64,000 bases of DNA from Eremomyces bilateralis CBS 781.70. Its lineage: Eukaryota. The position numbers and the translations under genes are program-made. The number at the start of each line of letters is the position of its first letter. The stretch's first letter is position 1. This document shows, in pieces, positions 63,807-64,000 of the stretch. The notes under the pieces are model-generated. The model was not told the origin of the DNA. It searched no databases and was given only the letters and a program-made list of their open reading frames with translations. The stretch lies in NCBI GenBank assembly GCA_010015585.1, contig ML975175.1; one strand, written 5' to 3'.

Positions 63807-64000
63807 AGTGTCCGAATTGATAGCTCTTTTACTCTATTGCAAATCCGTGAAACCGTGTTTTGTAGAGTGTCGTACGGGTAGATTGTGACTTTGTGAGGGA
63901 GGAGATGGCCGATAAGCGGTTTGAAATGTGGCGCTCCATCGGACGATACCGACCAGTCGCGTAGCTGGTTCCTCTCGCGTCTTCCTTCTGAACTTCAGAC

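Overview
Gene-dense, intron-containing genomic DNA from a filamentous ascomycete (Pezizomycotina; Dothideomycete-like is only an impression). The left end (1-12 kb) is a transposon-scarred accessory zone. It holds the 5' end of a Fot1/pogo DNA transposon, an SDR gene with LTR-like inserts in two introns and an 8-bp frameshift, more LTR relics, an acyltransferase-3 gene, FAT1 and a decayed AAA-ATPase. A conserved housekeeping block follows at 12.6-44.6 kb (Psg1-like, thioredoxin-like, Ama1/Cdc20-like, BET4, GH51 plus sugar porter, Cnl2/Nkp2, EAF3, PTH11-like, RPS6, RCC1-like, DPH3, frataxin, APS3, MMS22). A second accessory island (44.7-55.3 kb) carries acetylxylan esterase, a hAT MITE with a perfect 8-bp TSD, nested LTR relics, and a 14-intron MFS transporter divergent from a double Zn2Cys6 regulator. 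The most striking unexplained feature is a ~1.6-kb stretch at ~55.4-57.1 kb (minus strand) with no recognisable protein-coding gene. It has a TATA box, many G-U-containing helices and a telomerase-RNA-like core. Its candidate template (AUCCCUGAAUCCCUG) would predict a non-canonical 8-nt telomere repeat. All family assignments come from recognising motifs by eye; no database search was run.
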